Shown one piece after another: positions 1 through 9,271 of a stretch of DNA of 22,197 nucleotides (the stretch's first letter is position 1; every line of letters begins with the position of its first letter). The position numbers and the translations under genes were made by a program. The DNA lies in NCBI GenBank assembly GCA_051294375.1, contig JBJCIZ010000039.1, positions 1 to 22,197 on the forward strand, read 5' to 3'. The stretch comes from Paraspadella gotoi (Eukaryota > Animalia > Chaetognatha). The notes under the pieces are model-generated. The model had not been told where the DNA came from, made no database searches, and worked only from the letters and a program-made list of their open reading frames with translations.

Positions 1-860
1 GTCTGATTCTCTCTGATTTGGCCCAGGATGGCGCTGTCCAACTCACTTTCTTCCCCATCCCTCAATATGCTCGCTTTGCTTATAGCATCTATGCTTGCTG
101 AGAGTGGCCCAGGTTGATTGTGTAGTTTGACAGTCGCCTTCCCCATCCAATGTTGACAGTCTCTACTTGTGGAGCAAAATAACTTGTGATCACTGGTTGA
201 ATCTCCCTGATTTGGTCCACGTCGGTACAGTAACACTGACTTCGGTCCCCATCCCTTCAACGCTTGCTCAATACTTGCTTGAATCGGCCCAGGATCGTTG
301 AGTTGTTCAGTTGCCTTCGCCACCCAATGTTGGTTTGATATAATCAGTGATGGCGAGTATGTTTTTTTTTGTATTTTGTCTGCTCTTGCGGGGTCATCTA
401 CTGCCAATTTCTGGACAATGAGCGGTGTCAGGAGACTGCATTGAACGGAGTCAAATTCGTTTTTATAAAGCTTGTAGAAAAGGGACAAGGAGCATCTTTT
501 TCAAAAACTACCAACATGACGTGAACTGTTGGCAAGGGATGGAATTGATGCGAAGCAAATTCATGACATATGATTTTGCAATTGGTGGCCTGGGTCCTGA
601 ATTTGAGTTCTTCATAGCAGGACTATCTCTTTAGTAATGCATGACGGTTGACGGCACCGTAAAACACCTATGAAATCCACCGGGATTTGACATAGGATCC
701 TTTATGGTTGTGTGGGCCGAGCCTTAGTGCATGAAAGAGAGTGTTGGCTGTCAATGGTTGACACGGGATCAACCTAAAATTATACAAGCTGAATCTGAAC
801 GGTTTGATAATATTGGTGGGATTTGGCGTTGCTCGGTGGAAAAAATCCACGTCAGATGAA

Positions 861-966
<106 letters not shown>

Positions 967-2257
967 ATTTTAGTTGCTTGGTTTCGCTCGGTTTTTTGCC
1001 TCGTCGATTGAAAATTAAAAACCCTGAATGGATATTTAACAAAATTTAAAAAGGCCTCTTCTTTCTTTTCAGTGTTTTCTTTACCGTGGGAGGTCGAGTT
1101 GCTACTATGGCAACAAAGGTTGCCAGTCTCTTCATTGACAGGATCGAAGTTTAGTGAGACTTTTAAATCGCCGGTCATAAACTGTGAGCCAGATAAATTG
1201 ACCGCTTTTCGTCAGACGAGTCCTCAAACAACTGACGGTATTCAGGGCGAAAGAACGCACAAAGATGGTTTACATGCTTACGAATTTTAACTGGCCACTA
1301 GGGCTTAGGGGAACTCGAAGCGCAAGTTGGTGTGCCGTGCGCGACGCGCCACTTCGGCGAAATGGCTACGGAACTCTGTTAGGAGGAAACTCTTTAGTTG
1401 GGGTTTTAATATTCTCGTAATAATGTTTCTTTCATGAAAGGCGAGACAAGAAAAATGCATAAATTACCCATTTTATCAAAACTGATCGTAATCTGTTTTT
1501 CAAAATCCCTGAACATTTTTTTAATGAATATAAGACTGCGATTGCGGTACGGTTGCTTTTATGACAACAACTACATATTTTGGCATTGCATTTACTGGGT
1601 TGCGTGGTTTAGAGATCTCCCCGATGGTTGCTATGGTCTGGGGTGAATGTAGGGTAGGAATGCGATATTGGGTCAGTTAACGCCTCGCCCGCCCACACTG
1701 TTGCATTTGACTCATAATAGAATCCGACGGACTTTAGAAAAAGAGAATATTAATCCTGAAAATCTCCCTTTGCCTCGGTTCTTACTACATTTTTTAAGTC
1801 GAGAGTTTATTTAGGTTTGTAGTGATTTTTTTTTTTCGTAGTGTCCATTTTGTTTTTAGAAAAGTGTAAAAGAAATTTTGTTTAGATAATCCGTATAGTA
1901 AATTTTTTTCTTTCATTTAGCTATTTTTTTAGAAAATTTTTTTTTCACGTCGTTTAGCGATATAATAAAATTATTTTCGTGCACATTTTCTTTCTCAGTT
2001 TTTTGTTTTTTAAATGCCTCGCGGTAATCTTGACCCATTTCGGAATCCATCGCCACCACTGGGATTTCCCATAAACGCCGAGAAGTTCGACGCCTACGCG
2101 GAATTGATCCAGCAAGAATTATAGAATTAATAAAGGGTGCTTTGGACGAAACTCAAGTTGATCCAGTCCCGCGATCAATCACCATAGACAATATTAGAAT
2201 ATTAAAGCGCCAGGACAATACTCTAAGAATCCGCTGCACAATTCGGACAAATGGACA

Positions 2258-3412
2258 ATGAAGATGAACGACGCGGCTGGCCAGGGAGTTGGCGACAACT
2301 CTAGCTACAGGTATGAAAGAAGGTTGAAAGCCCAACACGAGCAGACTCGTGAAGACATGGACGCCTTTGGTGAGTGGAATCATCGTTATATGGAAAAACA
2401 AACAGATGCTTTTCAACATTTAATTGATTTACAGCATAGGAATCATCAAGAGGATCTAAAGATAATGATGAACAAGATGGAGGAAATGCAAATTTCTCAT
2501 CAGCTTGCTGCTGAAGCAGAAGCCAATGGTGAAAATTAATCTTCCAAAGTACGATGGCGTCTCCGTGGCATTTGAGGATTGGCGGGATAACGTAAGTGCA
2601 ATCTGTAAGTCAAATGGATGGGAAGATGTTAAAAGAATCATGGAAATCCTTCCGTCGTCCCTTACTGGGTCTGCTAAGCGAGCCTTTGAATCTCTTTCAG
2701 GAGAGGAAAAGGAGAATTTGGAAACTATGTTTGTTGGAATGCAGCTGCAACTGATCCCTCGTCGGAAGAAAGGAATCGCCAGTTGTTTGCTTCAGCAACG
2801 AAAAATTCGGGAGAAACTATGACTGCCTTTATCAACAGGTGTAAAATGTATTTAAGAAGGTTTAATATGAATCCGTCATCTGATTTAGCGCTTGAAATGT
2901 GTAAACAAAAACTTCTTTCTAATTGTCGTTCAACAGACAGCCGCATAATTAAAGCAACAGTTTCAAAAAATGCTTCTTTGCAGGAATGGACTCAGAAAGC
3001 GGACGAAATTATTGGGACGAACGATTCGTGCATCGGAGGAGTTACTGAACCCGATGACGCGGCGACGGATAAAAAGGTAAGCTCGGCGTCGTTTAAAGCA
3101 GTCGACAGTAAAAACATAGCTTGGGTCCCGATGGTATATGCTAATAATGAATTTACTCCATATCAACTGCAGCCTGTTCCCATGTCGCCGCCGACTAGCT
3201 TTCAAACTCGGACACGGTCCTCTGTCTCCACGGGCTCTTCAAGCTCCCAACGACGGCCAGGGAATGGAATAACCTGTTGGAACTGTGGAAAGCCTGGTCA
3301 TGTTCGTTCTCAATGTAGAAAAAGATTCACAGGTAATCAAAATACAGAGGAAAATATAAATCAAAGGGAAACTCAAATTGAAAATACAGTACAGAATCCT
3401 TTAAACTCCTAA
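2258..3412 (+). pseudogene. gag: Gag (capsid plus CCHC nucleocapsid), split into three ORFs by two frameshifts
   Basis: LPKYDGVSVAFEDW...LTGSAKRAF capsid-like motif (2505-2822); GETMTAFINR MHR-like motif; zinc knuckle CWNCGKPGHVRSQC at 3275-3316; ORFs at 2258 and 2783 share a frame, 2505 is +1. Confidence 0.85.
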
Positions 3413-3433
3413 AGCCCTCCTATTTAGGAGGGC
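3400..3433 (+). promoter_or_regulatory. -1 programmed ribosomal frameshift signal (gag-pol)
   Basis: T TTA AAC at 3400-3406 in X XXY YYZ phase in gag; 7-nt spacer; stem GCCCTCCT(3414-3421)/AGGAGGGC(3426-3433); -1 frame is open into pol at 3442. Confidence 0.85.
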
Positions 3434-3441
3434 AAAAATTT

Positions 3442-6282
3442 ATGACATCAAGAAAACCTTTTCCGGAATATGAAATAATAAGTTTATTTGCAGAACATGC
3501 TAATGTTAATTCGTTCTTACCAAAGGTTAAGGAAGATTTTTACGACGACCTCGAACAACAACCGTCGGTCTCTTTATTACTTGGAAGCATTAGAGGAATA
3601 CCATTAAATCTCGTAATTGATACAGGTGCGGCCAGGTGCTTGCTACTTTATGAACTATATTGTAAAATAAATCCAGATAACTCTTACATGCTTTATCCTT
3701 ACGACAAATGTTTTGAGGCAATAAATGGTAGTAAGCTTGAGTGTATTGGATTTGCAAAATTACCAACAATATTTTTTGGGATAAAAAATAATTATGAGGC
3801 CACAATTAAATTCTTTATAATCAAGGATCTCGCTGTAGAAGCTTTACTCGGTTTAGATGAAGTCAATCGTCACGGTCTCGTATTAAACGTCGCCCAAAAT
3901 TCTTGTTTGCAGCCAAAAGCTGGGGAACTCATTTTACAAAAGGTTTTTCGAGACCCAATCCAAATCCGTTCGGTGACGGTGGAAAGAGACGTGATGATCA
4001 AACCTCTTTCGCTCGGATGGGTGCCATTAAAGCTTCCAAACTGTCAACGCGGCGTTCTTGGGATAATGGAACCTATTCAGGAATCCTTTACAGGTGTTTT
4101 TATAGCAAATATTTTGTGTTATGAAGAGGATATAATATATGCCAAAGTAGCAAATCTAACAAAGGTTGAATTTCCCTTTTGTCTTGGAGAGGTTTTTGGA
4201 GAATTTTTTCCAATTGAAAATGATTATTTTAATAGGGAAGAATCTAATGCGTTTGGCGTCGGGAATGTGGAACCGCTGTTTGACTCAAGAGGGGAAGAAA
4301 AAGAAAATTTCGACGAAGCTAAGGATCTCGATATGTTCCAGGCGGAGCCGTTGGACGACTGTGATTTTGGATTGGGGAATTCTCCGGCGACCGAGGAAGA
4401 AAAACAAAAGGTAAAAGCAATAATAAGGAAATATAAAGATATTTTTCAAATGGACGGCGTCCCAGTTTCCGTGGCTCACAGAGTAAAGCATAAGATAATT
4501 TTAAAGCCGAATACTAAACCAATTAAACAAAGGATGAGAAGGTTCTCTGATTCTCAAAATGATATTATTGATAAAGAAGTTGAAAAACTGATTTTGCAGG
4601 ACATCGTGGAGCCCTCAACGTCGGAATGGAATAATCCCATCGTTTTGGCGTCGTCACCATACAAACCTAAACCAAGAGTCTGCTTTGATTTACGACAAGT
4701 TAATAAAGTAAGCCTGTCTGACGCTTATCCATTGCCTCACATTGATAAAGTGATTAGCCACTTCTCCGGTATGCGTTATTTTTGTAGCCTCGATCTTTAT
4801 CAAGGATATCACCAGATGGAGTTGGAGAGAGAGAGTCGGCCAATTACAGCCTTCAGTACCCGGCGTGGCCTTTGGCAATTCAAGCGGCTTCCATTCGGAA
4901 TTTCCTCAGGGCCGGCGTCTTTTCAAAGGTTGGTGGAAGATGTGCTGAAAGGATTAAATTGGGAGATTGCTATAGTTTTTATAGATGACATTATTTTATT
5001 TGGTAAAACAATACAAGATGTTTCAGAGAGGTTAGAGATTATATTTCAAAGAATTCGGGATTCTGGTTTAAAATTGCGGGCAGCAAAATGCAGCCTTCTG
5101 CAGGATCATGTTGAATATTTGGGACACGTTATTTCACACCAAGGCATAAAACCCTGTAGGCGCATTGTGTCAGCCATTTTAGATTTTCCTCGGCCGCACA
5201 ATGTTAAAACAATTATGCGCTTCTGTGGACTTTCAAATTTTTATAGAAGTTTTATTAAAAATCACTCTGTCATCTTGGAGCCACTAACCAGACTGACTCG
5301 TAAAAATGTTGATTTTAATTGGACAGATGAATGCGAATCTGCGTTTGGGGCTATTAAAGAAAAGATTGCTCTCATTCCGACTCGACACTATCCTGACCCA
5401 AAGCTTCTCTATGTTTTGTCCTGCGATGCAAGTGCATTTGGTATTGGCGCTGCGCTGCATCAAACAGACTCAAAAGGTAGGTTAAAGGTTTTGGGCTTTG
5501 GATCCCATCTTCTGAAACCATCTGAAAGATTTTGGTCGACAACTGAAAAGGAATTATATTCTATAGTTTATTTCATAAGAAAATTTCGGCATTTTTTGAC
5601 AGGAGTGGGATTTTTAGTTTTAAGTGATCATGGTGCTCTCCGTTATATTAATACTTTAAAAGATTCAACATCGCGAATCGCTCGCTGGTTGAATTTTTTA
5701 CAAAATTTTCATTTTGAAATTCACCATATTTGTGGCACTGCCAATGTTCCTGCAGACGTTCTCAGCCGCGCGCACGAACCTATCTTGGATACGACTCCTA
5801 CAATTGCCCAACAACTTGAAAAACCCATCTTCAAACTTGTGCGTGGGAAATCACCGATCTTTACGGAATTTTTCCGTCTTCAAGCGCCATCAGAAGAGGA
5901 CTTTGACGACGAAGGTAATTTAAGAATAGATAGCGATATAAGGGAAACTAAGATAAAGGAAGAACCCGCTCAATCCGTTTTAAAGAAGTTGGAAAAAGAG
6001 TCTGTCAATGGCTGTCAATCTTGCTGGTTGATTCAGGAAAGAAATTTTCTTTATACCATAGATGAAAAATTCGAGAGCCGAGACGACGACGGAGATGACG
6101 ATGGCGGCGAAAGAAACGTCGTCCACAATGGTCGCAGTAAGGATGAAGAGGGCAACGAAGACTGTTATGGCGACAATGGCGACGGCGAAGTCGCCGATAA
6201 CAGTGAAAACGACGAGAATTGCGGCGTCAATGGTGACGACGGAAATGGCACCACCAGCGATGACGATGGCAGTGAAACATGA
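3442..6282 (+). CDS. pol: Pol: aspartic protease, reverse transcriptase and RNase H with acidic C-terminal tail; no integrase
   Basis: LVIDTGA (protease); CFDLRQVN, DAYPLPHID, SLDLYQGYHQ, LPFGISSGPASFQR, FIDDII (RT); CDAS, EKELYSI, SDHGAL, ADVLSR (Ty3-type RNase H). Probably entered by frameshift at 3406. Confidence 0.97.
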   Translation: MTSRKPFPEYEIISLFAEHANVNSFLPKVKEDFYDDLEQQPSVSLLLGSIRGIPLNLVIDTGAARCLLLYELYCKINPDNSYMLYPYDKCFEAINGSKLECIGFAKLPTIFFGIKNNYEATIKFFIIKDLAVEALLGLDEVNRHGLVLNVAQNSCLQPKAGELILQKVFRDPIQIRSVTVERDVMIKPLSLGWVPLKLPNCQRGVLGIMEPIQESFTGVFIANILCYEEDIIYAKVANLTKVEFPFCLGEVFGEFFPIENDYFNREESNAFGVGNVEPLFDSRGEEKENFDEAKDLDMFQAEPLDDCDFGLGNSPATEEEKQKVKAIIRKYKDIFQMDGVPVSVAHRVKHKIILKPNTKPIKQRMRRFSDSQNDIIDKEVEKLILQDIVEPSTSEWNNPIVLASSPYKPKPRVCFDLRQVNKVSLSDAYPLPHIDKVISHFSGMRYFCSLDLYQGYHQMELERESRPITAFSTRRGLWQFKRLPFGISSGPASFQRLVEDVLKGLNWEIAIVFIDDIILFGKTIQDVSERLEIIFQRIRDSGLKLRAAKCSLLQDHVEYLGHVISHQGIKPCRRIVSAILDFPRPHNVKTIMRFCGLSNFYRSFIKNHSVILEPLTRLTRKNVDFNWTDECESAFGAIKEKIALIPTRHYPDPKLLYVLSCDASAFGIGAALHQTDSKGRLKVLGFGSHLLKPSERFWSTTEKELYSIVYFIRKFRHFLTGVGFLVLSDHGALRYINTLKDSTSRIARWLNFLQNFHFEIHHICGTANVPADVLSRAHEPILDTTPTIAQQLEKPIFKLVRGKSPIFTEFFRLQAPSEEDFDDEGNLRIDSDIRETKIKEEPAQSVLKKLEKESVNGCQSCWLIQERNFLYTIDEKFESRDDDGDDDGGERNVVHNGRSKDEEGNEDCYGDNGDGEVADNSENDENCGVNGDDGNGTTSDDDGSET

Positions 6283-6644
6283 TTAATGATGGTGATGGAG
6301 ACGCTGCCCTCGTCAAAGACTTAAGATATGCACCCCGTGGAATGCTTTTCTTTTGACATTAAAATAATTGATGATTCTTTTAAACAAAACAATTTATTCA
6401 TAAAAATAGTAAAATTAACGTCGTCCGGGGATATATATTTTCTTTTCTCTAAAAGCTCTTTCTGAACATTGTGTTTTTGTCTTAATCAATTCAATTGGCG
6501 AGTTTTGGGATGTTGGCTATTTTGTTGCTCATAAATAGGGCCCATTTTATGTGTAATTGTTTGCCTTCATTTCTTTATTTGTCGCGTGATTTAAATATTT
6601 TTTTGTTTTCTTTGGTTTTGTTTTGTTCCATTTTGCAGGACGAA

Positions 6645-7877
6645 ATGGACGGAGAAGCCGGTACCGATGGAGATATGATGGAGCAAGGCCTTGCGGTGGG
6701 ACAACCAAATTTAGATCCCGTATCTCAAGCGGATGGAACCGTTTTTGCTTTGATTGATAACAATGGGAATGTTATGGAGTGGCTTTTAAATGAAGAGAAT
6801 CCGGGTACAAATGTATCCGAAGAAGTCGCTACTGCTCAACCCTCAAATGAAAGTATTTTTCCAGTCACGATCTCTAAAGGGTTGGTTCAAGAAATCTCTC
6901 ACGATGTAAACTTGGAAAAAAGTTTACCGATCAATGAAAACATTATTTTGCCAGAGGCGATGGGGTTGGACTTGTTGGCGGAAAACAAAGAAAACATACC
7001 CCCGATATTTTCCCCGGTTGACTTTGCAGTGCCGCAAACACTGGTTGATCAAAACCCTTTAAATACTACCAGCAAGCAAGAACGTGGACCTCCCTCACTC
7101 GACAAATTGCCTAAGGAGATTATTTCATTAATTTTTCAGTATCTCCAGCCACATGACGCTTTGCAACTGGCGGCCGCTTGTAAGTCAACCTACGATCTGT
7201 CACCGCTTCGAATCTGTCATAATGACGACATTCCAGGTTGTGGTGGTGACAATTTAATTGTCATTTTGGACAACGTCGACAACTACAAGAGGTTACAAGT
7301 GGCTCTTCAAGAGGGTCGGTTTCAAACTGTGAATGTAATTTTGGCGAGCAACCTGACTGAGTTGGAATCTCCAACCGAGTGGAATAATTTAAAAAAATTT
7401 TTTTGTTATGCAACCCAGGATGGCGTTTTTCCCATTGACAAATTAGAAATATTTCGAGAAGTTGGAGATTGTGGATGTAGACTGGGCATAATTGCTAATT
7501 ATGTTAGATGCCTAATCATGTCGGGTTACCAAGATGTGTATGTTCTGAGAAAGCTAGTAAAAAATCTTATAGGGACTGGGGGTTCATTCACAGAGAAGAT
7601 CGTCTTGACTGGAGAGATCAGCCTACGCGAAGCCACTGGATTAAGGAAGAAGATGCCAACGAGCATCGACCTGGCAATACGGGAAGACCGTCTTATTGTT
7701 CGAGGAGTCGCTGTGGGAAGCCTTAATGCACATATGGAAGGAATAAATATTTTTACGGAAAAAGAAGAATCCAAGTTTGTGCCATCACGTTTGTTTGGAA
7801 TTGACATTGATTTCATGCAGGATGATGTAAGGGTCCCTCTTGCAATTTTAATGGCAAGGGCAGTTTTACTGCGCTGA
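6645..7877 (+). CDS. F-box domain protein (accessory ORF, ~410 aa)
   Basis: LDKLPKEIISLIFQYLQPHDALQLAAACKSTYDL (~7098-7200) fits the F-box consensus; acidic N-terminus; the track's start at 6495 reads through a T-rich tract ending TTTTGCAG(6638), so ATG 6645 is preferred. Confidence 0.75.
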   Translation: MDGEAGTDGDMMEQGLAVGQPNLDPVSQADGTVFALIDNNGNVMEWLLNEENPGTNVSEEVATAQPSNESIFPVTISKGLVQEISHDVNLEKSLPINENIILPEAMGLDLLAENKENIPPIFSPVDFAVPQTLVDQNPLNTTSKQERGPPSLDKLPKEIISLIFQYLQPHDALQLAAACKSTYDLSPLRICHNDDIPGCGGDNLIVILDNVDNYKRLQVALQEGRFQTVNVILASNLTELESPTEWNNLKKFFCYATQDGVFPIDKLEIFREVGDCGCRLGIIANYVRCLIMSGYQDVYVLRKLVKNLIGTGGSFTEKIVLTGEISLREATGLRKKMPTSIDLAIREDRLIVRGVAVGSLNAHMEGINIFTEKEESKFVPSRLFGIDIDFMQDDVRVPLAILMARAVLLR

Positions 7878-8019
7878 GAATCGCTTTCTTCAGTAAAGAC
7901 TGATTGATCAACTTATTGCTCTTATGTTTCTTTTGGTCAAATGTGAAACGAGCTGATTCTCTTTAAAAGTAATAAGCTTTGTTTGCCGTTTTCCCCTTGT
8001 AGGTCATCTTTATCATAAA

Positions 8020-8448
8020 ATGTCAGATATTGTCGCGGAGGCGATGCAAGCGGCACTGATCGCAGATCAAGAATCTCTGGAGACTCTGGAGAACGTCTCC
8101 ACAACACTTGATGAGTTTTGTGCTTCGGGTGGATCAAGCAAGTCGGGGAATCGTGTTGATGAAATGGCGATTCTATCTTTGGAAAAGCCGTTTCAAAAGA
8201 TTCCTGAAGGGACAGTTTTTGTATGTCAAGCTTGCGGCAAAACATTTGGTCAAAAAAAGGGTCTAGACGGGCATAAGCGAGTCCATGGTAAGCATGAGAT
8301 CAAAGAGTCATGGGACAGCGAAACGGAATGCAAACGTTGCCGGAAAACTTTACCTTCCGAAGACTCAGCGATTATCCACGTCTTGAAAAGACACAGGCCT
8401 CAGTTGTACGAGAAACTGAAAGGCGACATTTTGTTCAATACAAAATGA
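8020..8448 (+). CDS. Small two-finger C2H2 zinc-finger protein (142 aa)
   Basis: FVCQACGKTFGQKKGLDGHKRVH (canonical) and CKRCRKTLPSEDSAIIHVLKRH; AAAATG start context; acceptor CCCCTTGTAG ending 8002. Confidence 0.85.
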   Translation: MSDIVAEAMQAALIADQESLETLENVSTTLDEFCASGGSSKSGNRVDEMAILSLEKPFQKIPEGTVFVCQACGKTFGQKKGLDGHKRVHGKHEIKESWDSETECKRCRKTLPSEDSAIIHVLKRHRPQLYEKLKGDILFNTK

Positions 8449-8569
8449 ACGGGTTCTTTAGTGTTTCAGTTCATTGTGACTCATGTATGCAAACTGTGGC
8501 TAGTCCTTGTTTTGCTCGTTTTGATTTTCTTTTTTCAGCTAAAATTAAATCGGTTTTGCATGATCGATC

Positions 8570-9136
8570 ATGGAATGGCTTAACCCTTCAAAGGGTCAAT
8601 TGATGGCTATGATCAATTTTGGCCACAGCCAGGTGCCAATACAGTCGGTTCCACCAATGATAGTTGTCATGATTGAGCACCCTTTAAATATGGCAACCAA
8701 AATAGCCTACGAAATGGCAACAATGGCTGCATCAAATTCATGGCGTCAGGAAGCCAACATTCTTTATTATCTTCTGAGTGGAAACACGAAAGCAATCGTC
8801 AGTGCCCTGGTTAATGTAGAAATAAATGGCATGACAACAAACCTTAAGGATTTGAATTTATTAAGCAACTCACTCGCCCTTACTGAACAATTTCACTCTA
8901 CCATGGTTGGATACCACCAAAGCTCAACCTTGGGCTCAAACGTAAACCCAAGATGGTTTAACTTGTCAGGGATTCTTTTGATGGCTCTACAGCTTGTTGG
9001 GTTGCTAATCAAAGTTTTTTATAAACGAGAAGCCACAAATCTTAATTTATTGTATTTTACGTTTTATCGTGAATGGATGAGAAAGAAAATTGTTGTGAAA
9101 GGAACTACCGTTTTAGTTGATGCCAAGTTTGCATAA
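8570..9136 (+). CDS. Hypothetical protein with a possible transmembrane helix (188 aa)
   Basis: Open 188 codons in AT-rich DNA; hydrophobic WFNLSGILLMALQLVGLLIKVFY followed by basic residues; acceptor TTTTTTCAG ending 8538. Confidence 0.6.
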   Translation: MEWLNPSKGQLMAMINFGHSQVPIQSVPPMIVVMIEHPLNMATKIAYEMATMAASNSWRQEANILYYLLSGNTKAIVSALVNVEINGMTTNLKDLNLLSNSLALTEQFHSTMVGYHQSSTLGSNVNPRWFNLSGILLMALQLVGLLIKVFYKREATNLNLLYFTFYREWMRKKIVVKGTTVLVDAKFA

Positions 9137-9271
9137 AAATTTTTTTGAGTCGATGTGTCAATTCTTGTTGTTGTCTGTATATATATATTTTTTTTTTCCC
9201 TGTTTGTTTATTTCCAGGTACTCTCTTATTCCGTTATTTTTTTTCTCGAACACTCGCACCTGCAAGAGAAA

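Noticed and set aside
3590-5923. Small alternative-frame and antisense ORFs inside pol (likewise inside integrase and accessory genes)
   Set aside because: Short, motif-less shadows of long ORFs
6495-6638. Hydrophobic signal-like N-termini of track ORFs 6495 and 9155
   Set aside because: They translate T-rich polypyrimidine tracts from non-ATG starts; real starts are more likely 6645 and 9272
8570-9136. Classical env or Bcl-2 assignment
   Set aside because: No signal peptide, furin site or NWGR motif; too short for Env
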